Shown: one piece after another, positions 13,990 to 26,758 of the stretch | How the letters are laid out: each line of letters begins with the position of its first letter | Numbering within the stretch: position 1 is the stretch's first letter | NCBI GenBank assembly: GCA_964016885.1 | Contig: OZ024741.1 | Location: 133,672,001 to 133,736,000 of the forward strand | Direction: 5' to 3' | Origin: Eledone cirrhosa | Lineage: Eukaryota | Length of the DNA stretch: 64,000 nucleotides | Made by a program: the position numbers and the translations under genes | The notes under the pieces: generated by a model | The model's input: only the letters and a program-made list of their open reading frames with translations | What the model was told of the DNA's origin: nothing | The model's database searches: none

Positions 13990-14101
13990 AAAAAAAAATC
14001 TATCTGTGGACGCAGAAGTAAATATTTCGAAAAACGTTCTAAACGAAGAAAAACGTGAAGACAATACTATGGTTCGTGAAGACGTTTCCTGGTAATGAAC
14101 G

Positions 14102-14173
<72 letters not shown>

Positions 14174-14472
14174 CGTTCATTACCGGTACCTCTGCTTGTA
14201 TATATAGGGAGATGTATTTTAATTATGTCTCATATAAAATAATACAACTGGCTATCCGCAAAATACATATAGTTTGCACCCCAAACGTAAAATTGGGATT
14301 ATACTAAGGTATATACTAATGTTTGTTGAGTGAGATGGAAGCCGGTCAGAGTATTGCTTAAAGCTTTCTCTGTTAATGTATTAAATATTATACTCTTGAT
14401 TTGGCCAGAGATGAATATTTCCAGATACCTTTTAAGTGTAACTTTCCGTATTTATTATTTGTATGAAAAAAG

Positions 14473-14661
14473 GGTGGTGGATTGGCTGTATCGGTAGAGG
14501 GTCGGACGCCATGCTTTCTAGCATAGTTACGTCCCTTTGCGGTCTGAGTTCGAATCCCACCGAGGTTAACTTTGCCTTTCATCCTTACGGGGTCGATAAA
14601 ATAAAGTACCAGTAATGCACTGGGTAATTGATGGCCTTGTGCCAAAAGTAGAAACAATTAT
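14473..14661 (+). mobile_element. Nin-domain-like SINE
   Basis: Near-identical to 12104-12293. Confidence 0.85.
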
Positions 14662-15012
14662 TTGTATGAAATATTGATTGTTATTCTGGTATCTTATCTC
14701 TGTTTTTAGCCTAAGAAAATACCTATATGCGTGTATAAATAATACATGCATATATTTATTTTTTTAAATCTAATTGAGTTCTTCACACGCAAGGTTAAAA
14801 TTGTTGAAAGAATTAATTGACCCGCGTGCATATTATTTTCTTTTCTTGTGTTTTGCGATGACCTCCCCTTTCCGCTTGATGACAGTGTGAAATTTCTCAT
14901 TCTGAGACTGCTGGAATTTCAAATTTGGCGGTCATTCTGACACGGAAGGGGACCATCGCTGAACATTGGATATCGGTAAGAAAATTTTTTTTATATCGAT
15001 GTTTGACGGGCA

Positions 15013-15133
15013 TCCACTGATGATTTATAAGTGCCCGCCTGCATATATTCCTACGGACTATGTGTAGGCTTCTACATAACCTGGACATATTTTCCCAACT
15101 TGTAGAAAACTTATAATGAAACAATTGTTTGGA
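15013..15133 (+). ncRNA. Type I HHR with a large stem II insertion
   Basis: tcca-CTGATGA-tttataag..(about 80 nt)..cttataat-GAAA-caattg-TT-tgga. Confidence 0.7.
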
Positions 15134-15310
15134 AAGGGAGATGTATTTTAATTATGTCTCATATAAAATAATATAACTGGCTATCCGCAAAATACATATA
15201 GTTCACACCCCAAACGTAAAATTGGGATTATACTAAGGTATATCCTAATGTTTGTTGAGTGAGTTGGAAGCCGGTCAGAGTATTGCTTAAAGCTTTCTCT
15301 GTTAATGTAT

Positions 15311-15358
<48 letters not shown>

Positions 15359-15359
<1 letters not shown>

Positions 15360-15800
15360 TAGCAGAGGTTCCCGGTGTTGCTCGGGTATTAAATAGCAGT
15401 TGTGTATACCATTTATGTCAATACTTCAGTGCTGCTTCGAAAACTATACTTTTACAAAATCATCGGCTTCTTCCAAAAGGAGTTCCGGCCCCCAGGGGTC
15501 CCCTACTCAATATGTGCCAATTCTGAGAGTTCACATTCATCTCTAGGACAAACGTAGCCCATGTGTTAAGTTTTGTGAAAATCGGTTGCGAACTCCAGAA
15601 GTTATGACGTTTTGTTGCATTGCACTGCAGTGCTTCAGTCGACTCCAAGAAAGTGGTTAAAGGGGATTATCTGCCGGGAGGCCCTATAATCAATATCTGG
15701 AAAAATGAAAGTGCCCATGACCATCCGGAGTACATAAGTAACCTATGTCTTAAGTTTGGTGAAAATGCTGTAGAAATGCATAAGGTTTATACATACGCGT
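15359..15800 (-). mobile_element. Non-autonomous Helitron-like element
   Basis: Same hairpin + CTAG terminus at 15359-15386 on the minus strand; internal aagtttggtgaaaat-type motifs; 5' boundary uncertain. Confidence 0.5.
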
Positions 15801-16453
15801 GCGTGCGTGCGTGCGTGCGTGTGTGTGTGTGTGTGTGTGTGGGGGGTATGTATTTGTGTGTGCGTATGTATGTGTATGTCCGTCGGGGCATACGTATGTA
15901 CTGGCCTAAATCTTCACTATTTATTTTTACTATTTTAATAACCTCTGTCATTTTCGTTTTCAATTTTATTTACATCATTCTTAAACTCCGGGGTTGGAAC
16001 TCATTCTGTTATTTTAAATAGAATATTAGTCTAACGACTCCATAAACTTGGTCTTGTCTTTGCATGAAATTGTTCTTCGCGGTCCACATAACGACGTATT
16101 ATCCTCGTTTTTTTCCCGTTCATTGCCAGGGAACATCTTCACGAACCAAAATATCGTCTTCCTGTTTTCGTTCGGTTGCAACGTTTCTCGAAATATTTAC
16201 TTCTGCGTTCACAGATTACTCTCAGTTCAATTTGAATGGGAAATTCCTGTTTCATCGATTTTCTCCGTAACCATGGAAGCTTGTAGCTTGAAAGTCGACC
16301 CAACGCCTCCTCAGGTCATTCTGCATAACTGTGTAAATTTTCGCTGCATTCCACCAAGCCGTTTCGACGTTTATCTGACTACACCTACTTACTTAAATAT
16401 ACAACGTCCGACCACTTCCAATTTATATAGTATATATATATATATATATATTG

Positions 16454-16501
16454 AGCTGTACTGATGAAGGGTGATACCCAGAAACATTAGTCTCTGCAGT
16501 T
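16454..16501 (+). ncRNA. Minimal HHR-like motif
   Basis: agctgta-CTGATGA-agggtgataccca-GAAAC atta GTC-tc-tgcagtt. Confidence 0.55.
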
Positions 16502-16673
16502 ATGTTTACATGCCAACACAAGAGCAAGAATGAAGGGTTCATTCTACTGACATGGCTTTAAAAATGAGGCTTGTTTGCATAATTGCAAACGAATCGAATG
16601 TTATTGTTAATATTCGAAAAACTCAGATTATTTTATTGTATTCAGCCATGTAGAGCGAACATTTTTTAATTTT

Positions 16674-16761
<88 letters not shown>

Positions 16762-16762
16762 G

Positions 16763-16827
<65 letters not shown>

Positions 16828-16828
16828 G

Positions 16829-16859
<31 letters not shown>

Positions 16860-16869
16860 CATATATATA

Positions 16870-17053
16870 CTTGTCATCACATGGTACCATGGGCCCTGCA
16901 CTATGTGTCAATAATGGTCACAAGTGTAGTCTTTGTGCCAGAGTTTTCAAGTCGCTGGCTGGACTAAAGTCACATTCGTTCAGCGCATCGGTAGGGGTTC
17001 TCCTACATGGATATAAAGTAGTGGCCGTACTCGAAAACGAGTTGGCAGCCACC
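16870..17053 (+). mobile_element. 5'-truncated 3' end of an RTE-related LINE in (TA)n
   Basis: [17 protein letters not shown] resembles [17 protein letters not shown] at about 23915; terminus gcagccacc(at)n matches gcagccatc(at)n at 24030. Confidence 0.75.
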
Positions 17054-17190
17054 ATATATATATATATATATATATATATAGTAATAATAATAAATTTGAA
17101 GACTAAAATCCAAAGAGGGCTCGATAAGGCTAAATATATATCAAATATATAAGAACCGTAGAGCAAATATTTATAAAAATAACAGATTAA

Positions 17191-17241
17191 AGTTTAAGCA
17201 AAGAATCGCTGCTTTCACCCTTAACGGGATCTTCTGAAACT
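17191..17241 (-). ncRNA. HHR variant (CAGAAGA) at the PLE-3 3' end
   Basis: Reverse complement of 19723-19773. Confidence 0.7.
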
Positions 17242-19722
17242 AAAAAAGTCAATCTGTAAACGCAGAAGTGGATATTTCAAAAAACGTTGCAACCGGAGTA
17301 AGACAGGAAGACGATACTTTGGTTCGTGGAAACGTTGCCTTCACGAAACATACAGGTAATATATACTTACCTATGCAAATAAGTAATGGTATAAACAAAA
17401 CATATACTTAGCTACCACATCAAGACGTAAAATATCCACGTATAGATCGTACTATCCGTTAGGGTATAATGTGGGGCTGTAATACAGGAAAGTTTTGTGC
17501 AATTTATGTTTACAAGCCGAAATTGCCTCAGATTTTTTGTTTAAGATGTAGTCTGTGGCGTAGAGTATTTCCAGGGCCTCAGCGGCGCAGAGGTCACATG
17601 GTCTTTTATTTCCGTTATACGATCTAGCCCTAGCTAGGATCTCCCAGTGTAACTTATATTGGGTGTGGTTGTCTTTTAGACTCCAGATATAAGCTGAAAG
17701 TGACGTCATATTCCTTCTTAGAGGGTAACGAAAAGAATGGGTATGCATGTAAAGACGCTGCTTGAATCTATTGGCGGTTAACCCTATGTAGGCCCTACGG
17801 GACGTGGGTGTTTCAACCGTAGACAATGTTACTAGAGAGAAATTTCCCGGATAGGGGGCAATCAACCCGATTTCTACAATTACAGTTAGTACTAACTACA
17901 GGATTGCACGTGTTCCTACGGCTAGGTAGTTTAGCTAAATTTGAAGCTGTGATGTTATGTGCAAGGTTAGGAGTTGTAGAGTAAGACATTTTAATAGTAT
18001 TTCTATTAAAAATTTTACTATATTTATGTGTTGGGGGAAAATGCTTCGCAACAAGAGATAGAAAGATCTTAGCTAATGGTGTGGCCACCTCCATATTATA
18101 TGGTGGGTTATACCATATAATGCGACGGGATCTATTTCTTCTAGGTCTATTCTCGTACTCTGTATATGCTACCTTATCGACAAATCCACTCGGAGCAAGA
18201 ATTTCATTGTAATAAGTGGAATGGTCGTTGAAATTATGATCGTTAGTAGATAGACGGGAAAGCCTCAACGAAACGTTTCTTACCAGGTTCTTGGTTATGC
18301 TGGCAGGATGGTTGGAATGCTTACTTATGTAATTAAGCGTATTATTCGGCTTTCTATATGGGTAATACAAGCCATTCGATAAATTGAGGGTAACGTCGAG
18401 GTAATTAACGACCGAGAGGTTGGCCTCAACCTGTATAGAGAGGTTGAAGCCTTTAAAGAAGGCTGTGAGTTCTTTTCTGAACCTGTCGCAAGCACGAGGG
18501 CCGCACTAAGTGATGGTCAAAAGATCATCATCACGGTACAAACCACCGCCAGCGTTGGGGAATTCGTCCTTGATAGACAAAAGAAGGAAAAGGCCGATAA
18601 GATCAGTAACCTCCGCAGAATCGCTGGCGCCCATACTCACGTCGAATGGGGTACTATTGGATTTTTTAATCCAAATAGAGTCGTCGAAATTAGTCACCGA
18701 CTTACGAGCATTGAGGATGACATCAACTTCGAAATCCTTAACCACTGTGAGTGTTTTAGCGAAATTGATAGCTCTAAGGAGAAGTGGTAAAGTGATGGAG
18801 GAGTAGTAATTATTGATGTCGAATTGGATAAAACGGCAATGTTCCTTGTTGCATATGCCGTTGAACCAATCAATCACCATTAGCTAAGATCTTTCTATCT
18901 CTTATTACGAAGCATTTTCCCTCTACACATAAATATAGTAAAATTTTTAATAGAAATACTATTAAAATGTCTTACTCTACGACTCCTAACCTTGCACATA
19001 ACATCACAGCTTCAAATTTAGCTAAACTACCTAGCTGTAGGAACACGTGCAACCCTGTAGTTAGTACTAACTGTAATTGTAGAAATCGGGTTGATTGCCC
19101 CCTATCCGGGAAATTTCTCTCTAGTAACATTGTCTACAAATGTAAGGTTAAAACACCCACGTCCCGTAGGGCCTTCATAGGGTTAACCGCCAATAGATTC
19201 AAGCAGCGTCTTTACATGCATACCCATTCTTTTCGTTACCCTCTAAGAAGGAATATGACGTCACTTTCAGCTTATATCTGGAGTCTAAAAGACAACCACA
19301 CCCAATATAAGTTACACTGGGAGATCCTAGCTAGGGCTAGATCGTATAACGGAAATAAAAGACCATGTGACCTCTGCGCCGCTGAGGCCCTGGAAATACT
19401 CTACGTCACAGACCACATCTTAAACAAAAAATCTGAGGCAATTTCGGCTTGTAAACATAAATTGCACAAAACTTTCCTGTATTACAGCCCCACATTATAC
19501 CCTAACGGATAGTACGATCTATACGTGGATATTTTACGTCTTGATGTGGTAGCTAAGTATATGTTATGTTTATACCATTACTTATTTGCATAGGTAAGTA
19601 TATATTACCTGTATGTTTCGTGAAGGCAACGTTTCCACGAACCAAAGTATCGTCTTCCTGTCTTACTCCGGTTGCAACGTTTTTTGAAATATCCACTTCT
19701 GCGTTTACAGATTGACTTTTTT

Positions 19723-19773
19723 AGTTTCAGAAGATCCCGTTAAGGGTGAAAGCAGCGATTCTTTGCTTAAACT
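19723..19773 (+). ncRNA. HHR variant (CAGAAGA) at the PLE-3 inverted 3' end
   Basis: agttt-CAGAAGA-tccc gttaa gggt-GAAA-gcag..ttgc-TT-aaact. Confidence 0.7.
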
Positions 19774-19793
19774 TTAATCTATTATTTTAATAA

Positions 19794-19938
<145 letters not shown>

Positions 19939-20006
19939 TATACATACATACATATACATATATATATATGTACATATATATATATGTGTGTGTGTGTGTG
20001 TGAGTG

Positions 20007-20064
<58 letters not shown>

Positions 20065-20078
20065 GAAATAAAATTATC

Positions 20079-23000
20079 TGTGTCAGGTTGCTCTCGAGTG
20101 CTGCTGGTAACATGTAACCCAGTACTACCTGTCTCATGGTCGGGTCATCGGCGACTAAACCAGCAACCCCACCAAGCTTGCTTGGTGAGGAGGGATGAAA
20201 TACTGCGGGATGAAATACAAAACCTGGCAAAGGGCGGAAGAACTCAGCAGAGTCAACGGCCATTCAAATAGTACTTTTTTTTTTACCTGGGAGTGAAGGC
20301 CCCCCCTGTTGTCACAACACCTCTCTAGGAGAGGGAAACTCTGAAAAAAAACCTGCGGCTTTGGAAGCATCCGATGATTTTGACCAGTTCTCCTTTTCGG
20401 GTAGTGTTTTCGATGCTCAGAGAGTGGGATTGGTCGCGTGCAAGGCCTTTCCCCACTTAAAAAACCTTCAAATCACAGGCATCGCTTGTTCAGGATCTGT
20501 TACAGGTTCGTTTGGCTGGCCGTAGCCTGAAAGTGCACCAAACTCTATGATGACAGATGATAACCTTGAAGTCAATGGCAGTAAGGGCTCTTGAACTTAT
20601 TGTGAAGAGGTCTGGCCCGGCAGGTGTCCCATGGCACCGCAGCGTGTGCCCGGTCGTTATCCTACAACTGCAAGGAGGTTCAAACTTCTGAATATTGGAT
20701 GTTGGAATGTAAGAACTTTGCTGGATACCCAGTCCAGTAAAACTCGCCCTGAAAGAAGATCTGCTTTGGTGTCGAGGGAACTCAATCGCTATAGCATGGA
20801 CATCGTTGCTCTTTCAGAAGCGAGATTGGCAGGTGTGGGTCAATTCACAGAACAGAAGGGAGGATATACCTTCTATTGGAGTGGTGGAGCAGAGGGTTGT
20901 AGGAGAGAGGCAGGGGTCGCATTTGCAGTCAGGAATGGAATCGTCTCAAAGCTGGAAAATCTTCCTTGTGGATTCAATGATCGGATAATGTCCATGAGAC
21001 TCCCTCTGATTCAAAACCGCTTTGTGACTCTGGTCAGTGTGTACGCTCCTACTATGTGTGCTAGTGATGATGAAAAACTAAGTTTCTACATGTCTTTGAG
21101 AGAGGTCATCCATGGTATACCTTATGCAGACAAGATTGTCATGCTTGGTGATTTTAATGCACGTGTTGGTAATAACTGGGAAGCCTGGAGTGTGATGGAC
21201 AGGCATTGAGTAGGTAAGTGCAATAACAATGGCCTACTTCTGTTGCAGATGTGCACTGAGATGGATCTTGTTGTTGGGAACACGCTCTTTCAGCAGAAAG
21301 ACAAATATAAGACAACTTGGATGCATCCAGGTTCCAAGAAGTGGCACCTTATTGACTTCGTTTTAACGAGAAAACGTGATATCAGGGATATCACATTGGT
21401 TTGTGTATTGCGAGGCGCGGAATGTTTGACTGATCATCGTCTGGTGCGCGCCAAGTTTCAATTTGTTGTGAATCCCAAAGTAAGGGGGAAGAAGGTTGCA
21501 CTTCCAAAACAACTAAACGTGGCTCGTCTAAAAACAGAGAAAGTCAGAGCTAAGCTGTCGAGGTCCCTTGAGTCCATGGAATGTGAACACACTTGGGAAT
21601 CATTGAAGAAAACCGTCTATGATGTTAGTGCTGGAGTCATACCAATAGAAAGCATAAAGACTGGTTCGATGAAAATGATCTAATGATCCAGACCTTGCTT
21701 GAAGAGAAACAAAAAGTGCTGACATCATTGTTGTGTGAGACACGTTCTGACAGGAGTGACCAGACCTTCAGGCAGATCAAGGCACGTGTGCAACATCGAT
21801 TGAGAGCCATGCAGGATACCTGGTGGAGCGAAAATCCAGAAAGCCTCAGATAGACATGATACAAAGCTCCTATTCAGTCTGCTCAGGGAGGTGTATGGTC
21901 CGACCGGTTCACAAATATCACCACTTCGCTCCGGGGACGGCAAGGAATTGCTCAGAGATCCGAAGGAAATCCTGATCAGGTGGCATGACCACTTTGATGA
22001 GCTTCTCAACAGACCATCAGAAATTGATGATGAGTTCATCCAGTCGATTCCATCCAGACCTACAAAGCTGGCAATGGCTGATCCTCCTTCATTTGATGAG
22101 GTGGCAAAGGCCATTGCCAAATTAAACAGTGGCAAGTCACCTGGAATGGATGGACTGAGTGCCGAGATTTTCAAGTGTGCTGGTGATAACTTCTTAAACC
22201 GCCTCACTGATCTCTTTGTGAATGTTTGGAATGAAGAAGATGTGCCACAGGATTGGAAAGATGCACTGATGGTGGTACTTTACAAAAGGAAGGAAGCCAA
22301 AGATGACTGTGGCAACTACAAAGGTATTTCACTGCTATCTGTGGCTGGGAAGATCTTGTGCAGGATATTGTTGGACAGATTGATACAGTACATTGCTGTT
22401 GAGGTACTTCCTGAGTCCCAATGTGGCTTTAGGAATGGCAGAGGCACTGTTGACATGATCTTTTCGGCCAAACAACTTCAAGAGAAATGCATTGAGCAGC
22501 GCATGGACTTATACCAAGTTTTTGTCGATCTGACCAAGGCATTTGACACCGTTAATCGGAAGGCTTTGTGGGTTATTTTAGAGAGATTGGGCTGTCCTGA
22601 AAAGTTTGTGAACATTCTGAAACGCTTCCACGATGGCATGCAGGCATGGAGGTAAACTATCTGAGACAATCTCGGTTGAAAATGGTGTCAAGCAGGGTGA
22701 TATACCTGCACCAACTTTGTTTACCTTGTATTTCGCGATTGTGTTCTTCATGGCCTTCAAGGATTGTCAACACGGTATTTATCTCAGATATCGCACTTCC
22801 GGCAAGCTGTTTAACCTTAGGCGTCTCACTGCCAACATAAAGGTACTGAGTACTTTGATCAGATAATTTTTATATGCAGATGATTGTGACCTCTTTGCAC
22901 ACTCCCAGAGTGACATGCAACACCTTATGGATTCTTTTTCCAATGCGTGCAGTGCTTTGGGACTAACAATCAGTCTGAAGAAGACTGTCGTCATGTACCA

Positions 23001-24030
23001 ACCTGCTCCGGATAAAGTTTTCTATGAACCCTCCATACCCGTATACGGTCAAAAGCTGAAGGCTACTGACACATTTGTGCATTTGGGGAGTACTCTGAGT
23101 GTGACCTGCTCTCTGGATGCAGAAGTTGGTCTACGTGTTAGTAAGGCAAGTGAGTCATTTGGAAGGCTCAACGACCGTCTTTGGTGCAGGCGAGGAATCA
23201 CAATGAGGACCAAGGTGAGAGTGTATGCTGCATGTGTACTGTCAGCTTTGCTGTATGCACGTGAGACATGGGTTGCCTACAAACGGCATATCCACAGACT
23301 GGAACGGTTTCACCAGCAGTGTCTCAGAAAGATGCTTGGTATCAAGTGGCAGATGCATGTGAGTGATGTTGAGGTCCTTGAGAGAAGTGAGTGTCGGAGC
23401 ATTGAGAATATCATCCACCAACCGCGTTTGCGATGGACTGGAGACCTCTGCAGAATGGAGGATGATCAAATCCCAAAACAACTCTTGTATGGCGAGCTTT
23501 GTGAGGGTAAGAGACAACCTCACAAACCAAAGCTCCGATTCAAGGATTGTGTAAAGGACTCATTGAAAAGAACTAGTTTGATGATAGCTGACTGGGAGAT
23601 AGAAGCTCTTGCAAGAGAGACTTGGCGTGGAATGGTGAATGATGGGGTTCATAATTTTGAGGACAGACGCATAGAGCACGAGAAGATCAAAAGGGATGTG
23701 CGTAAGCAATGCCCTGGTGTATCTCTCGAAACGATCGGTGTCTCCATTGAATTGAAGTGCCCTGAGTGTGGAAAAATTTACTTGAGCAAATCTGGTCTCA
23801 GGAGCCACAGTCGCAGTCATGTTCAAAGAGAACCAGTGAACAATGATCATCACGGTGTTGTGAGGGTTCACGGGCAACCTGATGAGGGACTTCAAGCCAG
23901 GGAGATCCATGGTTGTCGTCAGTGTGTGAAGGAGTGCAAGTCTCTAGCAGGCTTGAAAAGCCATATCCGAGCGTCCCACATCTGAATCTGACAAGCAATT
24001 GCAATACTCTTGGCAGAGTTTGCAGCCATC
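20079..24030 (+). mobile_element. RTE-clade LINE, full length, decayed
   Basis: APE (WNVRTL, GDFNA, TDH), RT (DLTKAFD, QG, YADD near 22873), two C-terminal C2H2 fingers; TSD gagaggaaataaaattatc at 20060-20078 and 24043-24061. Confidence 0.93.
20631..23985 (+). pseudogene. RTE APE-RT ORF with stops and frameshifts
   Basis: ORF pieces 20631-21209, 21243-21683, 21891-22655, 22633-22866, 22915-23985. Confidence 0.9.
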
Positions 24031-24324
24031 ATATATATATATGAGAGGAAATAAAATTATCCGATTAAGTGGGCTAATTTACATTAGTGTAAAATAATGA
24101 ATATACGAAACAAAAAATGGATGAAGAAGCTTACCTGTTAATTGTGCTCAACTTTGTCGGTGGAGTTGTGTGACATAAGTATCTTGATGATACGAGATGC
24201 GTCATCGAGTATGGTATATAGGTTCCAAGAAGATTACACAGATTAATTTAATGTGAATAGCGTACAAGGAAAAAAAACGAATTTTGTCTCATTTTTTCGT
24301 TGTACCTATTCACTTTATATATAT

Positions 24325-24508
24325 AATTGTTTCTACTTTAGGCACAAGGCCAGCAATTACACAGTGCATTACTGGTACTTTATTTTATCGACCCCGTAAG
24401 GATGAAAGGCAAAGTCAACCTCGGCGGGATTTGAACTCAGATCGTAAAGGGACGTAAATATGCTGGAAAGCATGGCGCCCGACCCTCTACTGATACTGCC
24501 AATCCACC

Positions 24509-24511
<3 letters not shown>
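24325..24511 (-). mobile_element. Nin-domain-like SINE
   Basis: Reverse complement of the 12104-12293 family. Confidence 0.85.
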
Positions 24512-24561
<50 letters not shown>

Positions 24562-24575
24562 CGGAAACTTCAATA

Positions 24576-24632
<57 letters not shown>

Positions 24633-25233
24633 ACAGACGCACAGTACTATATATATATACATACATGCACACATATATATATGTACGTATGGGTTTACCG
24701 AACATTTATTATAATGTTCGGTTTGTTTGTAAACAAACACCCCGAATTACGCCGAACAGTGCTCGGCAACCATCGTCGCCCTTTTGTTCAACACTAACAC
24801 AGGAACGATGTACTAGTTTCAAGCTTATTAGCTATCGTAAGCATCGTATACGTTTCTGTCAGATGATTGAACGTCTGAAAGTATATAATTTCCTTATGCA
24901 TATTAACGGATGAGCAGCCTAATTTGCATATCGAGTGAGTTAGTCGGCCGGGCATACCGAAAACGATAAATGGAAAAGAATGAAACGAAATTTCATTTCT
25001 CACTCTTAGTACGGCTGATACCTAAATATAAGTATGTATACGTACATACATATATGTGTACAGACGCACAGTAGTATATATATATATACATACTTGCACA
25101 CATATATATATGTACGTATGGGTTTACCGAACATTTATTATAATGTTCGGTTTGTTTGTAAACAAACAGCCCGAATTACGCCGTACAGTGCTCGGCAACC
25201 ATCGTCGCCCTTTTGTTCAACACTGACACAGGA

Positions 25234-25276
25234 ACGATGTACTAGTTTCAAGCTTATTAGCTATCGTCAGCATCAT
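25234..25276 (-). ncRNA. Minimal type I HHR (mutated tandem copy at 24805-24847)
   Basis: atgatg-CTGACGA-tagct aata agctt-GAAA-ctag-TA-catcgt. Confidence 0.8.
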
Positions 25277-25500
25277 ATACCTTTCTGTCAGATGATTGAA
25301 CGTCTGAAAGTATATACTTTCCTTATGCATATTAACGGATGAGCAGCCTAATTTGCATATCGAGTGAGTATATATGTATATATATATATATATATATGAA
25401 TGTATATACAGTGTATTTTGCAATACACTGTATCCTTAATTAAAAGCATTTTGAAGACCATACACTATTGTTTTATAATAGTGACAATGTCACTTATTTA

Positions 25501-25597
25501 AATTTTCAGCAAACAGGGGAGATAAACTGACAGAGCTCTGTTTCGTACTTTTTGGTACTTATCAAAACTCATTACTCCTCCTGTTTATTGAAAATTA
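25501..25597 (-). ncRNA. Extended HHR, U3-A8 core
   Basis: Inverted homolog of 25942-26037. Confidence 0.72.
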
Positions 25598-25941
25598 TGT
25601 GTGTTGGATTCTTATAGAATTCCAGTAATAATCAGGAACTGATTATACAGAGCGGTCGCCGGTCCAGCAGAAATTGAAAATTAGAATTGGTGCTCTGAAA
25701 TAAATTGGTGATTTTTAAATAAGTGACATTGTCACTATTTTAAAACAAGAGCGTATGGTCTTCAAAATGCTTTTAATTAAGCATACAGTGTATTGAAAAA
25801 TACACTATATATACATTCATATATATATATATATATATTTCAGAGCACCACTTCTAATTTTCAATTTCTGCTGGACCGGCGACCGCTCTGTATAATCAGT
25901 TCCTGATTATTACTGGAATTCTATAAGAATCCAACACACAT

Positions 25942-26037
25942 AATTTTCAGCAAACAGGTTGAGTAGTGAGCTTTGATAAGTACCAAAAAGTACGAAACAG
26001 AGTTCTGTCAGTTTATCTCGCCTGTTTGCTGAAAATT
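25942..26037 (+). ncRNA. Extended type I HHR, U3-A8 core
   Basis: 17-bp outer stem aattttcagcaaacagg/cctgtttgctgaaaatt, then gagct-TTGATAA-gtac caaaaa gtac-GAAA-caga gt tctg-TC-agttt. Confidence 0.78.
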
Positions 26038-26179
26038 TAAATAAGTGACATTGTCACTATTATAAAACAATAGCGTGTGGTCTTCAAAATGCTTTTAATT
26101 AAGCATAGAGTGTATTGCAAAATACACTGTATATACATTCATATATATATCGCTATTTCAGAGCACCAATTCTAATTTT

Positions 26180-26279
<100 letters not shown>

Positions 26280-26294
26280 CATATATATACATAT

Positions 26295-26703
26295 CGTTTC
26301 ATCAGTTCCTCTGCCTCTTCAAAGGATGTGCAGCAAGTGCAGCAGATTTAGCAAACAGTAAATTACGAATAGCCCTTGTTCGTGTAAGTGTTTTAGCCTT
26401 TAAGCGTTGATGGTTGAATAATCCACTTAATGTATGGAATTCAAATCTGACACCAGTGTCTAATTTACCAAATGCATACTGCGCATTATAGAGAAAAATA
26501 AAGCCAAGAGAACAACCCTGCTTCGTACAATTTGTGTATACCAAAGGTTTCAAACATTCGCCCTTTGACATAATTGATGCTCTCATGTCCTCATGGAAAG
26601 ATATAACATTCAGAATACTGTCAGGTATGCCAAGCTTTTTGAATATTTTCCAGAGAGCTTTGCGATTGACAGTGTCAAAGGCTTTGGTCAAGTCGACCAA
26701 GTC
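26295..26703 (-). mobile_element. RTE-type RT fragment
   Basis: VDLTKAFDTVNRKALWKI...KQGC...LFNHQRLKAKT, homologous to the RTE at 22.5 kb. Confidence 0.85.
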
Positions 26704-26758
26704 CATAAACATATATGTATATATAAACAATTGAATAAACACATGAAAGAATACTTGC

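Larger units (their letters stand above)
17080..19790. mobile_element. Penelope-like element 3: 5'-truncated minus copy plus a ~910-bp inverted duplicate of its 3' part
   Basis: Minus ORFs 18506-18880 (FIQFDI, YRDD), 17813-18370 and 17452-17865; plus ORF 18967-19512 is nearly identical; 18877-19790 is the reverse complement of about 17175-18080. Confidence 0.92.

Noticed and set aside
24131-24240. Minus-strand CAG|GTAAG donor (also one at about 490)
   Set aside because: No GPCR-like reading frame, and the flanking exons already join in phase.
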